From: Malacoraja senta
Taxonomy: Eukaryota
NCBI GenBank assembly: GCA_038087875.1
Contig: JAXLNO010000146.1
Span: forward strand, 682,001 to 746,000
Length of the DNA: 64,000 nt
Reading direction: 5' to 3'
Positions 37,901 to 51,699 of this stretch are shown here, piece after piece. Every line of letters begins with the position of its first letter. Position 1 is the stretch's first letter. Position numbers and translations under genes: made by a program. The notes beneath the pieces were generated by a model. It was not told the origin of the DNA and did no database searches. It saw only the letters and a list, made by a program, of their open reading frames with translations.

Positions 37901-39254
37901 CAGTGCGACGGCGATGTTCAGTGGGCCCGGTCCGGCGGCGATGCTGGATGGGCCCAGTGCGACGGCGATGTTAGGTGGGCCGGGTGCGGCTGTGATAGTT
38001 GGCGGGCCCAGTGCGTCGGTGAGGTTAGGCGGTCCCGGGGGGCGGCGGGGTTAGGCAGTCGCGTCATGGTGGCGATAGTTGGAGGAATCGGCGAGGGGGA
38101 GGAAGTCTGAGTTACCGTTGAAGCGGCGAGGCTGGGCATCATCGGTGGGCAGGTGAAGGTCGGCGGCAACATCGACGTGGAGGTCGGCGAAGGCGGCGTC
38201 CTGGTGAGTACTGGAGGCGCTCCTCGTGGCCAAGATGCCGTCGCGGGACTCGGGCAGGCGATGCAGGCCAGAGTTGGGGTCCGAGTGTCGGCGGCGGGTG
38301 CGGCCTGAAGGCGGGCTAATTTCAGGTCCTTGGTGGAGTTAAGGTGGGCCAGGAATCGTTGATTGAAGAGGTGGATCTTCCGGCGGATGAAATATAGTTG
38401 TGGTCCGTTGCAGGTCTGGGTGAGTGAGGCCCGAGGTTTCGGGAGAGTCAATGCGAGGGCCTGCTGGTGCCGGCGCATTGCAGTCAGAGTAGATCTCAGT
38501 GCCCGGTTGGAAAATTGTTGTGTATGCCGGTAGATAGCCATTTGGTACCGATAGTCCGGCTGGGGTCCGAACTGGGAGGTAGGGAACTGGAGCTGGAAGC
38601 CATGAGGTATGAGATGGAGGCACAAGCATGCCACGAGGAAGCAAATGTGGCTGTGGTATCGAGTCGGGGTAAGGATGTGGTCGTAGAGTTGGAGGGAAGG
38701 CGGGATCACAGAGGGGGGGCAGTTAGAGAGGAGGACGTGAAACTGTCTCCGGAGAGAGGAGGAGAACTTCTTCAAAGTAGGCATACCTTGAGGAGATTTC
38801 GCAGTAGAGTAGACAAAGTGTTTAAGAAGGAACTGCAGATGCTGGAAAATCGAAGGTACACAAAAATGCTGGAGAAACTCAGCGGGTGCAGCAGCATCTA
38901 TGGAGCGAAGGAAATAGGCAACGTTTCGGGCCGAAACCCTTCTTCAGACTGATAGGGGATGGGGGGGGGGGGGGGGCGGGGAGAAGAAAGGAAAAAGGAG
39001 GAGGAGGAGCCTGAGGGCTGAGGGAGAGATAGGAAGGGGAGGAGACAGCAGGGGCTAACAAAATTGGGAGAATTCAATGTTCATGCCCCCAGGATGCAGA
39101 CTCACCGGAATATGAGGTGCTGTTCCTCCAATTTCCGGTGTTGCTCGCTCTGGCCATGGAGGAGACCCAGGACAGAGAGGTCGGATACGGAATGGGAGAG
39201 GGTGTTGAAGTGCTGAGCCACCGGGAGGTCAGGTTGGTTAATGCGGACCGAGCT
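34985..39254 (-). mobile_element. Full-length Penelope-like element (Neptune-like) with pseudo-LTRs and 12-bp TSD
   Basis: Direct terminal repeats at 34985-35402 and 38820-39253. The disrupted ORF 38784-35200 has HSHICFL..C...IP.G, ADKGGAVVVW, YLLPKIHK, GRPIVS, QGVAMGT, RYIDD and a GIY-YIG domain. TSD ctgtctaaccct is at 34973-34984 and 39255-39266. Confidence 0.93.
38915..38950 (-). ncRNA. Minimal hammerhead-ribozyme motif in the Penelope 5' pseudo-LTR
   Basis: Minus strand reads agtCTGAAGAagggtttcggcccGAAAcGTTgcc: CUGANGA core, short stem II, GAAA, then a palindromic ACGU stem III. Confidence 0.65.
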
Positions 39255-39452
39255 CTGTCTAACCCTCGTCAGTGGTTACGAGAACTGTCACGTGACATCA
39301 TGGGTTAAAGGGAGTGTCCTGCTACATCAGCAGATCTTACATTGAGATCATGAGTCAACAGGTAGCTCAGCTTGAGTCAACACCCTCACTCAGAGGCAGC
39401 AGCAGCAATGACTCAATATGTTAGAGAGTCCCAACGCACATGTTTGTCAAAC

Positions 39453-42400
39453 TTGCTTCCGGTTGCGCCATGAAGTGGTGAAGGTGCAGCATTGAACTCA
39501 GCTCCTGCTAAAATCGTGTAAAAAGCCGTTTTTAAAGTCGGGATCAATTTAAAAACACCCACTTGTTGTCGTGGGAGTGACGGGACCTTCAGATGAGTAA
39601 AGGAAAACGTCAACGGGGACCCAAGAAATCGACTATCAGAATCCTGCTGGAGGAAGATTTGCCAGCCCTCCAAACAACAACTGAAAGCTCAGACGAAGAA
39701 GTTGATCCTCAACAAGCAGTATCTGAAATGGCTACAAAAGGAGAGACAAAAGGGATAGAAAAGGAGATGAAGCAGTGGGAACAAACGGTAAGAGCTAATC
39801 TTACTAAAGATCTTACCACAGATCTCACTAAGGAATTCTCCAAAATGCTTACTAGCATGAATAATAAACTGGAGAATAAACTCTCTAAAATGGAGGTTAA
39901 TCTGACTAAGAAAATAGATACTGCATGTGATGAATCAAATGAACAGTTTGACTCTTTGAAGCAGCAGCTTATGGATTTGGATCAGAGGACAACTGAGGAA
40001 TTTGCGAGAATGGAATATGATTATAATAAGAAAATTGATGAAATGACTGAAGGAGTCGATAAGTCGATAGAAGTAATGAAGGTTGAAATGCGTGAGATGT
40101 CTCAAGAAATATCGACCCTAAGAACAGGGGGCTAATCGGGAGCAATTGAATAAACTGACTGATAAATGTCAAGATTTGGAAGCTAGATCAAGGAGACAGA
40201 ACTTGAGGATTGTAGGAGTAAAGGAGGGACCAGAGCTTGGAATTCTAATGACCGAACTTGTCACTAAAATACTCAAAGATGTCTTTAAGTTGAAGGAAAA
40301 CCCGAGGATTGATGTGGCACATCGGGTAGGTCGCTTCAGAAGAGAAACAAATGCTCCCCCAAGACAGATTATTGTGAAATTTTTGGACATTTCAACGCTG
40401 GAAAAACTTATGAAGATGATACCACATGGGGAGAGGCTTACATTTGATGGAGAGACGGTTAGATTCTACAGGGACTATCCACGCGAAATACTGGAGAAAA
40501 GGAATCAGTTTAAAAAAGTTAGCAACATTCTGCAAGGGAAACCTGATGTGAAATATGGAGTAGTGTATCCAGCGAAAATGAAGATTACTTATAACTCTAT
40601 TCAACGTGCTTTCACGGATTCGGATTCGGCATTTAATTACGCACAAGAAATTGTAAAGAAAATAGAAAAAAGAGAAGTCAAAGTTGATGATTAAACTTTT
40701 TAATGGAAAACTGTGCTGTAATTAAGATGGTGGAACTGCTCTAGACATTAATCAGACAGGCTCATCTGTCTGGAATGTGTATTCAATGTCCAAGCCCTGG
40801 TTTCAATCTTGAACGGATAAAGGACATTTTAAAGTAACGCGATCAGATTTGAAAGAAAATCAAAGGAAATCATGGACTTAAGAAATGTTTTAATTAATAT
40901 AGTATATATGTAATGTAAAGAATTAACTAACTATTTAAACTTAATATTACTAATTAATGGTTAAGCCATTATATTAATATTATATTAATATGAATAACCA
41001 ATGTATTAATCTAATGGATTTTGGGGGATAAGGGGCCTATAGAGATGTTTATTATTAACAGATATATAATGTTAATAAGGTGGAAAAGAAATGAAATATA
41101 ATTTAGGATGTACACTAACACACTACAATTAATGAAAAGTGGTATAAGAATACTATAACATTATAAATCTGTGTGAAGAAAGAGGCGTTAATGATTTGGA
41201 AAAGTTCCAGAGGTCTGGGCTGGAAGTCGGTTGTATTTAAGATAAGAAATTTAACCCTTGAAACAGGCTGGTAATTAAGGAACAGATGAATATATTCGGA
41301 TACAGGCACAGGGCATGTGTTTTTATGTTTTACAATTCTACGACTCTGTGATACCGAGCAAGTAACATAGGTTTAAAATCGGGATAAATAAGAGAATATT
41401 TGAAATAGTAAAGATGATGATGATAACTTTCTTTGTTGAAACTTTTTTTTCTGTTTTATTCGGCCTGACCAGATAAATTTTTGTTAATGAAATTTTTATT
41501 TTTATTTTAATTTTTTTAGATATATTAAGATATATTTAGATGAAACGGCATGTAGTTATAAATGACATTGTATTTAGGGGGCTGAACTCAATGTATAATT
41601 ACATCTACGGAGGTCAATACATTTTTGGCCATCATAGATGGCTTCTTGTATTTAGGGTATCACCTTTTTGATACCTTAAACTCACTTTTTTTTTTTTGTA
41701 TTTACTTTTATGTGGTTTATCTAACAACTTTTCTTTCTTTCTTCACTATTTCTCAACACACTTTTCTCTTTTTCTTATTGAGGTTCAATATACGGAGAGG
41801 TAAAATGACATCAGAAGTATGGGATGATACCCACATACTCAAAAGCCTGAGGTACTTAACCACACCACATGAAGCAAAATTACCAAAACCTATTTACAAT
41901 GCAGGATAATAAGGAAAAAAAGAATGGAGGATTCACATTCTGTAGTTGGAATATTAGGGGTGCGAATGATCCAATTAAAAGGGGCAAGATTATGGCCCAG
42001 TTAAAATCTTTAAATGTGGACATAGCTTTTCTGCAAGAAACGCATATGAAACTACAAACACAGATGAGACCAAGGGCAAACTGGATAGGCCAAACTTATC
42101 ACTCGTCATTTACTGCTAAAGCTAGAGGAACGGCTATTATTATTCGGAAAGGTATACCATTTATATTAAAGAACACTATATCTGATAAAGAAGGAAGATA
42201 CACGATAGTGGCGGGAGAAATTTATTCTACACCACTGACTCTGATAAATATTTATGCTCCAAATTTTGATAACCCCCAATTTTTAAAGAAAATTATGGAT
42301 ATAATAGATGAGTATAATTTTCAAAATGTAATACTAGGGGGGGACTTTAACTGTGTTATAGATTCATACTTAGGCAAATCAATAAAATTAAGGAAGGGTA

Positions 42401-45400
42401 GTGTCAAATCCAAGTCTAGTGAATTCTTAAACACATATATAAAAAACACTAATATAACAGATGTATGGAGAATAGCTAATCCAACTGGAAGGGAATACTC
42501 GTTTTACTCATCAGTACACAAAACTTATTCAAGAATTGATTATTTCTTAGTTGATACAAAATTAATACCATATACAATTAATCCTAAATACCACAATAGT
42601 ATTATTTCTGATCACTCCCCGTTGACTTTTACTTTAAAACTTGAGGGAATGCCAGGTATAAAATCTTTTTGGAGATTTAACACACAAATAGCTAATGACT
42701 CACAAGGTTACGAGTATTTAAAACAGCAAATGAATTTTTTTTTTGAGACATACGAGACACCAGGTATTTCACCATCTCTATTATGGGAATCTTTTAAGGC
42801 ATTCATCCGTGGAGTTATAATTTCATATCAAAGTTTTCTAAATAAAAAAAAAGGACAGAACAATGGACGTTAGAAAAGGAAATTAAATTATTAGAATTAG
42901 GTAACGCAAAAGACCCAACTATAGATAAACATAATAAGATTACATTAATGAAATTTAAACTTAATCGAATATTATCGGCAAGAGTAATAAGATTATTTCA
43001 GATCACAAAACAAGTACAGTTTGAATTTGGGGATAAACCACATAAACTTCTAGCACGACAATTGAAGAAGCAAGAAAAGGAAAAAACAATTATTAAAATC
43101 AAATCAGAGAACGGGGAACTATTAACTTTACCTAAGGATATTAATAAAAGGTTCGCTCAATTTTATCAAAATTTATATACATCTAAAACTAAAATAGAAG
43201 ACAATAAAATTATAAATTTTTTAGATAATTGTAATTTGCAAAAATTGGATATTTTAGAACAAGAGGAATTAGGAGCTCAGATCACAAGTGAAGAAATAAG
43301 AGAAACAATAAAAGAACTGAAAAATGGGAAGACACCAGGGCCCGATGGTTTTAATAATGAATTCTATAAAAGATTTCAGGAGTTAATGGTCCCACGATTA
43401 CTTAAATTATATACTTATGCTTTTACCGAAAAGAAATTACCAGAAACTTTAGCAGAATCTACAATTACGCTTATACAAAAAAAAGATAGAGATCTAGAGA
43501 TCTGGGCTCGTATAGAGCTATATCACTTTTAAATACAGATCAAAAAATTTTAGCAAAGATTTTAGCAAGAAGATTGAGTAAATATATTAATAAATTGATA
43601 AACCCGGACCAAACGGGGTTTACACCTAAAAGACAATCATTTAATAATTTGAGACGACTTTTTAACATAATGTATTCACATAAAGTGGAAAAGGAAGACT
43701 TATCAGTTATATCTTTGGATGCAGAGAAAGCATTTGATCAGGTAGGGTGGCAGTATTTATATTTAGTACTCCAAAAATTTAATATGGGAGATAATTTTAT
43801 TAGATGGGTGAAATTATTATATGATAAACCAATGGCAAGAATATTAACTTATAATATGTTGTCTCCAAAATTCCAATTATCACGAGGCAATAGGCAGGGA
43901 TGTGTTTTATCACCCCTGCTATTTGCCCTTATGATAGAGCCTTTGGCTGAAAGGATAAGAACACATCCGAATATTCAGGGATATAATATTAAGGACTCTA
44001 ATAATAAAATTTCATTATATGCTGATGATATACTTTTATATATTAGAAATTCAGAAACGAGTATCCCGAATTTACTAAACGTAATAGAGGAATTTGGCTC
44101 TTTTTCTGGATATAGAATAAATTGGAATAAAAGTGAAATTATGTCATTACAGCCCCAGAAAGCGAATCATCTTTTAAAATTTCCATTTAAAATTGCAACG
44201 GAAAAATTTAAATATTTAGGTATTCAAGTTACGAAAAGATATAAATCATTATTTAACGCTAATTTTAGTCCTTTATTAAATAAATTGAACGCTCTGATTA
44301 AATTTTGGAAATTGCTCCCACTATCATTAATTGGCAGAATAAATGCTATAAAAATGATAGTTCTACCACAAATAATATATTTTTGTCAATCCATACCAAT
44401 ATATATACCAAAATATTTCTTTAAAAAACTAGGCTCTAATATTACTCATTTTATTTGGGACTATAAAGCACATAGAATTAAAAGAAATCATCTGTGTAAA
44501 CCTAAAGATGTAGGGGGACTTGCACTGCCTCTTTTTTATATTATTATTGGGCAGTGCATATTAAGAATATCATTTATTGGTTGGACGGCCCTTCTCAACA
44601 GATGGAATGGATAAGAATGGAGAAAGAGGATTGTTTTCCGTACGATTTAGGAGCGATCCTCTTCTCCCCGATAAAATTGAATAATACATTATATAAGAAG
44701 AATCCAATTATACATAATATAATTCGAATTTGGAAACAAATAAAATTAATTTTAAAATTAAGGAACATCATCATTAACACCAATAGTGAATAATCCGGTA
44801 TTTAAACCATCTTTTATGGATAAAACATATAGACAATGGGAAAGATTGGGAATTAAAAAGGTGGGTGACATGTATGAAATGGGACATTTATTATCATTTC
44901 AACAATTAAAATCAAAATTTAATCTGAATAATAACCAATACATTAAATATTTACAGATATGTGACTTTATAAAAAAATATATACCAAGACTACAGAGCAT
45001 AATGATAGACCCACTGGAAGAAGCAATGAATATTAAGGCGGACTCACAAAAATTAATATCATATTTATATAATAGTATTCTTAATAGAGAATTGCCATCA
45101 ACAGAGGCAATTAGAGAAGACTGGGAAAAAGAATTAATGTCAAAAATTCCTAAAGAAACATGGGAGAGGTATTTGATATATATACATAAATGTTCGATTA
45201 ACGCTAGACATAATTTAATTCAATAAAAAATATTACATAGATTATATTATTCAAAAGTTAGGTTGAATAAATTTTATTCAAATATTTCTCCCATCTGTGA
45301 TAAATGTCTTTCTCAAAATGCCAATATCACACATTCTTTCGTTTCTTGCACAAAACTTCATGGATTTTGGTGTTATATATTTGATATATTTACTAGTTTA

Positions 45401-47879
45401 TTTAAGATAAAAATGGAAACTAATAAGGAAATGATTATCTTCGGAGTAATAGGAGATGGAAACAAATTAAATATATCCCAAATTTCATTTTTTTTTATTT
45501 TTTTTAAAAAAAATTATTAGAAGTAAGTACAATTGTATACAATCATATTTTCATAATACCTTTTATGTACAGCTTCTTATTTAAATTTTTTTTTGAAATA
45601 AAGAAGAAAAAGAAAAAAGTTAGATAATGAAAAATAGAAAAATGTGAGATCTATAGTGTGTGAAAAAGAAAAATAAAGAATGAAAAAAGAAAGTTGAGAC
45701 ATAGAAAATAGAAGAAAGAGAATAAAAGAAAAGAAGAGAAGAAAAGAAAATAGAAGATCATTTATAATCTTGACCATCCGCAGTCACGGATTAGCTTTTA
45801 CACCTGTTTTGCACCGTACGTTTCCAAAAAGACGACAAATGGAGACCAACTCGTTATGAATTGGTCAAATTTATCTATTAGGAAGAATCGCATTTCCTCA
45901 AGATGTGCGGTATCCAACATACTTGCAATCCACATTTTGAGCGTTGGTATTGGTGTATTTTTCCAAAATTTCAATATTAATTTTTTTGCTATTATTAAAC
46001 CATAATTAAAAATTGACTTTTGAGATGAGCTCAATTTGTTCCCGTCTTCCATTACCCCAAATATAATCAATTCATTATTGGGTTCCATTTTTGTCTTAAA
46101 TAGTTTTGTAAATATTTCGAAAATATCACTCCAATATCCATGAAGTTTTATACAAGAAACAAAAGAGTGTGTTATAGTTGCTTCTTGGGTTAAACATTTA
46201 TCGCAAATGGGCGATATATTTGGATAAAATGTATTTAATCTTGTTTTTGAGTAATATAATCTATGTAAAATTTTAAATTGGATTAGATTATGTCTTGCGT
46301 TAATCGAACACTTGTGAATGTATGTCAGATACTTTTCCCATGTAGCCTTCGTAATTGTTATCAATAATTCCCGTTCCCACTCTTCTCTAATTACCTCGGT
46401 CACAGGTAAATCTATATTTAAGATATTATTATATAAATATGATATTAATTTTTGTGTATCAGCTTTTATATTCATTACTTCTTCTAGTAAATCAGGAGCT
46501 ATTTTTTGATATCCCTGTATGTATGTCTTCAAAAAATTACAAATCTGAAAATATTTAAAATAATGAGTTTTTCAGTTTAAATTTTAATTGTAATTGTTGA
46601 AATGATAATAAATCTCGCATTTCATACATATCCCCGATCCTTTTAATTCCTAAACTTTCCCATTGATTATATATTTTATCCATCATAGATGGTTTAAATA
46701 AAGGATTATTCGCTATCGGTGTTAACAATGATAGGTTTCTTAATTTTAAGGATAATTTTATTTGTTTCCATATTCTTATTGTATCTTGTATAATTGGGTT
46801 TTTCTTATATATTGTATTGTTCATTTTTTTCGGGGAGAAGAGGATTGTTCCTATATTACAAGGATAACAATCCTCTTTCTCCATTTTTATCCATTCTGTC
46901 TGTTGAGTTGAACTATCCAACCAGTAAATTATATTCTTAATATGTATTGCCCAATAGTAATACAAAAGGTTAGGGAGTGAAAGTCCCCCGACATCTTTTG
47001 GTTTACATAAGTGTTCTTTTTTAATTCTATGTGATTTGTAATCCCAAACAAAATTAGTAATATTAGCATTCAGTTTAGAAAAAAAATATTTTGGTACATA
47101 TACTGGTATAGATTGAAATAGGTATAATAACTGTGGTAGGAAGCTCATTTTAATAGCATTTATTCTGCCTATTAATGATAAAGGGAGTGTTTTCCAAAAT
47201 TTTATCATTATATTAAGTTTATTTATTAAGGGTATAAAATTAGCATTGAATAAAGCTTTATGTTTTCTAGTAATCTGTATACCCAGATATTTGAATTTTT
47301 CTGTTGCTATTTTAAAGGGGAATTTCAATAAGTGTGTGGATTCTTGAGGTTTTAACGTCATAATTTCACTTTTGTTCCAGTTTATTTAATAACAGCAAAA
47401 AAACTCATACTTAAATTTTGGAAAAATGCTACTATACCAACACTCAAAATGTGGATTGGTAATATGTTGGAAACTGCCCACTTGGAAGAAATGAGACTCC
47501 ACCTAATAGATAAACAAGACCAATTCTTAACGAGTTGGTCCCCATTTATTGACCTTGTGAATCATGTGGTGCAATAGTATTGTAAAATTAAAAAATTCTG
47601 GGTTTGGGCGAAAAATGATTAAGAACATAAAAAAGCATCGACTTGTGGCGAGGGAGAATCTCCTTTCTGCTTCACTTTCTTACTTATTTATTTTATTTAC
47701 TTCACACTCACTAGACTTTTCTTTACTCTTCACTACTTCTTTCTTTCTCATTTCTTTCTTTCTAAAAAAAAAGGAAGTCGTACATAGAATGTTTTAATAA
47801 TTCTGGGAACCTGTAAAAAGGTACCATCAAAATGTAACGTGCTTACTTCTAATAAACAAAAAACAAAAAAACAAAAAAA
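39453..47879 (+). mobile_element. Full-length L1-clade LINE (family A), frameshifted, with 13-bp TSD
   Basis: ORF1 39593-40694 has LEARSRRQNLRIVG. ORF2 starts at ATG 41899 and has SWNIRG, FLQETH, GGDFN, SDH, SLDAEKAFD, RQGCVLSP and YADD. An A-rich tail follows. TSD atgtttgtcaaac is at 39440-39452 and 47880-47892. Confidence 0.95.
45490..47385 (-). mobile_element. 5'-truncated L1 of a different subfamily inserted antisense into L1 family A
   Basis: ORFs 46555-47361 and 45798-46532 differ in sequence from the host L1's same region. The host ORF2 resumes at 47386 (LITAKKLILKFWK). The insertion is at a T-run. Confidence 0.9.
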
Positions 47880-48804
47880 ATGTTTGTCAAACATATCTCC
47901 CGGAATAAAGTAACCTGATGACCATGAAGTTTGGACTCGCCACATTGGTGACCCGCGACGATCCAAATTGGGATTTTGGATTTCTCCCGACGTACGAAGC
48001 CAACCACCCACCTCTACCGTAGTGACTTGATGTCTGCAATAGCCCAGCCCAGCCCAGCAGAACGACGCTGACGCCAACCCTACCGTAATGTATGCCGCCA
48101 ACGACTGCCTCAACGCACTCCTGTGACTTGTCTCAGCAGCCGCAGGCCGCCCGGGTCGATGGGCACAATCTAAGCCTTGTTTGACGGCCGCCAAACTCTC
48201 CCGCATGATCCGCCCGGAGCCGACCACCGGGGCTGAGAGGCTGCCGCTCCCTCACCAGCTGCGCCAGGAGCTGCGGATTTATCAGCCCCCCCCAAAATGG
48301 CCGCCGCAGTCGACTGCCAAAATGGGCGCTGTGGTAGGCTGGAAGCGACGCTCGATCTGCTGACCGCCGTAAACAACGCCACCTTCCTGCCAGGTGCCAC
48401 CTCTGCAATCTGACAGCCGTCAACACCACCACCTCAGGTCGGATGTTGTCTCTGCAGCCTGACCGCCACCAACAGTGCCACTTCAGGTCGGATGATGTCA
48501 CTGCAACCTCCAGTTTTCCAGCTTCCAGCACAGCTTCTCATCAGACATTGGACAATTTGAACTTTTAGTTTCCTACCACTTTGGACTTGTTTGCTCACTG
48601 TAGTTGTTTTTTCTCTTTTCACTTTTTACAATATAATGGCCTCGCTGGATTTAGCTATTAGTTTATTCTTATTTCTTTGTTGCGTTTTATTTGTTTGCAC
48701 TGTTTGCATTATTTCTCGGGGACACGATCCCCTGCTGGTCGATGAGATGTGACCCTGTCTCGTCCATCCTGCAGCATTTGCATTGGTCTTGCAGGCTCCA
48801 AAAC

Positions 48805-49838
48805 AGTAGCCTGGATATGGGGTGCAAGTTGAATCAAGTTAAAATTGGCATGTCCTGAAGGTAATGTTACGGTTGTTATGGGAGATTTCAACATGCAGGT
48901 AGACTTGGAAAATCAGGTTGGTACTGGACCCTCCGTGATGGATTCTTAGAACAGCTTGTACTGGAGCCTACCAGGGTGAAGGCAATTCTGGATTTAGTGT
49001 TGTATAATGAACTGGATTTGATAAGGGAACTTGAGGTTAAGGAGCCATTAGGAGGTAGTGACCATAATATGGTGTTTTAATCTACAATTTGAGAGGGAGA
49101 AGGGTAAATCGGAGGTGTCAGTGTTATAGTTGAACAAAGGGGACTATGGAGCCATGAGGCAGAAGCTGGCCAAAGCTGCATGGAGAGATACTCTAGCAGG
49201 GATGACAGTGGAACAACAATGGCAGGTATTTCTGGGAATAATACAGAAGGTGCAGGATCATTTCATTCCAAAGAGGAAGAAAGATTCCAAGGGGAGTAAG
49301 GTGCGACTGCTGCTGACAAGGGACGTCAGGGCCAGTAGAAAAATAAAAGAGAAGTACAACATAGCAAAGATGAGCGGGAAGCCAGAGGATTGGGTAACGT
49401 TTAAAGAGCAACAGAAGATAACTAAAAAAGGCAATACGGGGAGAAAAGATGAGGTACGAAGGCAAGCAAGCCAATAATATAAAGGAGAATAGTAAAAGTT
49501 TCTTTAGTATGTGAAGAAGAAAAAATTAGTTCAGACTAAAGTTAGACCCTTAAAGACTGGAAAAAGGTGAATTTATTATGCGGAACAAGGATATGGCAGA
49601 TGATTTGAACAGGTACTTTTAAACCGTCTTCACTAAGGATGACATAAACAATCTTCCTGGTGTACTAGTGGCCAGAGGATGTGGGGTGACGGAGGAACTG
49701 AAGGAAATCCACATTAGGCAGGAAATGGTGTTGGGTCGACTGATGGGACTGAAGGCTGATAAATCCCCAGGGCCTGATGGTCTGCATCCCAGGGTATTTA
49801 AGGGAGTGGCTCTAGAAATCATGGACGCATTGGTGATG
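48805..49838 (+). mobile_element. CR1-clade LINE internal fragment
   Basis: Motifs MGDFN, EQLVLEPTRVKAILDLVL, GGSDHN and KADKSPGPDGLHPRV. Confidence 0.85.
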
Positions 49839-50129
49839 TTCGATAGATTTAGTAATCAAGCACGGTACAGGTATCATGTTGCAAGTAGGTGTAGGTGTAA
49901 TATAAAATATTTTCAATATGACGAGTGTAAACAAGCAAGGAGTTGGTGTTATTTTAAGGTACAATTATCAAAAATGTTCTGCATAAAGGGGGTGATGCCC
50001 CCTTTTACCCACGCCAGGGGCTTTGCCCCTTGGAACCCTACCAGGAGGCAAATCCCCCTGGACCCCCATCTCTCTTCCTCTTTTTTCAGTATTTTCCTGC
50101 CTCATGCCTGTTTACATGACATTGCTGTG

Positions 50130-50922
50130 ATCTAAACATTATGCTGCCCTGAAATGGGGGGGGGGGGCGGGGGGGGGGGGTCTATGTATAAACACTGCTG
50201 CAATTTCTACATGGTGAAACTAAAATGTTTAAAAATGGCCGTTATTAAAATCTGACAATGTGCACTTTTAACCACGTGATTTTTTTCTATTAAGGATCTC
50301 AAAAGAGCTTCCTTAATTACGGCTTAATAATGGCAAAAAAACATACTTAAATTCTGGAAAAACGCTCCCACACCAACGATAAAAATGTGGATTTCAAATA
50401 TGTCCGAAATGTTACACCTGGAAGACATGAGATTCCTCCTAGCAGGCAAATCAGACCATTTCCAAAAGATTTGGTCTCCGTTTATCGAATTATTACAAGC
50501 ATAGGGTGCAACATAACTTTGAAAATAAATGGTTTCAGGACCTGGTGAGGGGTGTGTAAAGATACAAAGTAGGTACATCCCTTTTATCTTATTTTACTTT
50601 CTTATATCTTCTGTTTTCTATTTCTCTCTTTCTTTTTCTTTGGTTTTCTTTTTAACTCTTTCTCGTGTTTTACGTTTCTACGGGTTTCTCCCGATCACTC
50701 TTTCACGCACTTACTATCTTATCTAACTCTCTATTCTTCTTCTTTTTAAAGTTTAAAACAAGAAGTGGTACAGGAAATGTATTATGTTATTTTTGGCTTA
50801 TATCACTGTAATGTACATTACTTCTAATAAATAAAATCTTTAAAAAAAAAATTCTCAAATTGTGGAGCAGAGGCAAATAAATAAATGATCGGTCTTTGTC
50901 CCAAACATTATGGAGGGCACTA
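50130..50922. mobile_element. Right end of a Tc1/mariner-like element, interrupted by a short L1
   Basis: Ends ggtctttgtcccaaacattatggagggcac + ta, which is Tc1-like (reverse complement gtgccctccataatgtttggga). The partner TIR was not found. Confidence 0.45.
50304..50852 (+). mobile_element. Short L1 3' fragment with 7-bp TSD
   Basis: A remnant of LKFWKNAPTPTIKMWISNM, then cttctaataaa + polyA. TSD tctcaaa is at 50297-50303 and 50853-50859. Confidence 0.85.
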
Positions 50923-50929
50923 TAGTCGA

Positions 50930-51600
50930 CGGTCAGGACTTTGGTCAAGGATGTGCCAACGAACCTGTCAGCTGTGACTGACTTCATAAAAAAATGTTTG
51001 GATGAATCTGTGCCTACAAAATCTTTCAGCAAATTTCCCAATCAGAAGTCATGGATGATCCAGGGGACTTATATTCTGCTGAGCTTTTTTGTGTCATTTA
51101 AGACTGGCAATCCAGTATCACACAAGATGTCCAGGTACTACCACCAAGAGCACTAAGTGGCAATTTTGAACTAAGTTGGAGTCACAGATGCAAGCTAGAC
51201 AGCTGTAGCAGGGCTTGCATAAGTGGCAATGATGCATCTCTTCCAATTGAACTGAGCTTTTTATGCACGCTTTGAAAGGGAGAACAATGACGCACCATCT
51301 CGGGCACACACAGTCCCTGAAGGCCTTATGATCTCTGCCTCTGAAGCTGATGTTAGAGCATCTTCCAAGAGGTTGAATCCACGAACGGCGTCCAGCTCAG
51401 ACGGCTTACCAGGTTTAGTACGAAGATCTGTGTCGGCCGACTGACTAGAGCATTCAAGGACATTTTCAACCTCTTGGATATCTGGTCTGAGGTTGTCACA
51501 TGCTTCAAAAGGCATCTATTGTACTGGAGTCCAAGACAACTGCGATGACCTTCCTCAATAACTGCTTCCACTGTAATGAAGTGGGTGAGAGGTTCATTAT
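50930..51600 (+). mobile_element. Old degenerate Rex1/Babar fragment
   Basis: VTDFIKKCLDESVPTKSFSKFPNQKSW is homologous to the Rex1 linker region. Confidence 0.6.
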
Positions 51601-51699
51601 GGGGTGAATGAACTCAGGGCTGGATTTAGATGAAGAGAGGCTCTAAGCTATTTCACTTGTGAGCCCCCCCCCCCTCCCAATCCCCCACCCCCACGACTA

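Noticed and set aside
45490..47385. Twin-priming inversion of the host L1
   Set aside because: The inverted piece overlaps the region already present in the host, differs in sequence and has its own 3' tail. It is a separate insertion.
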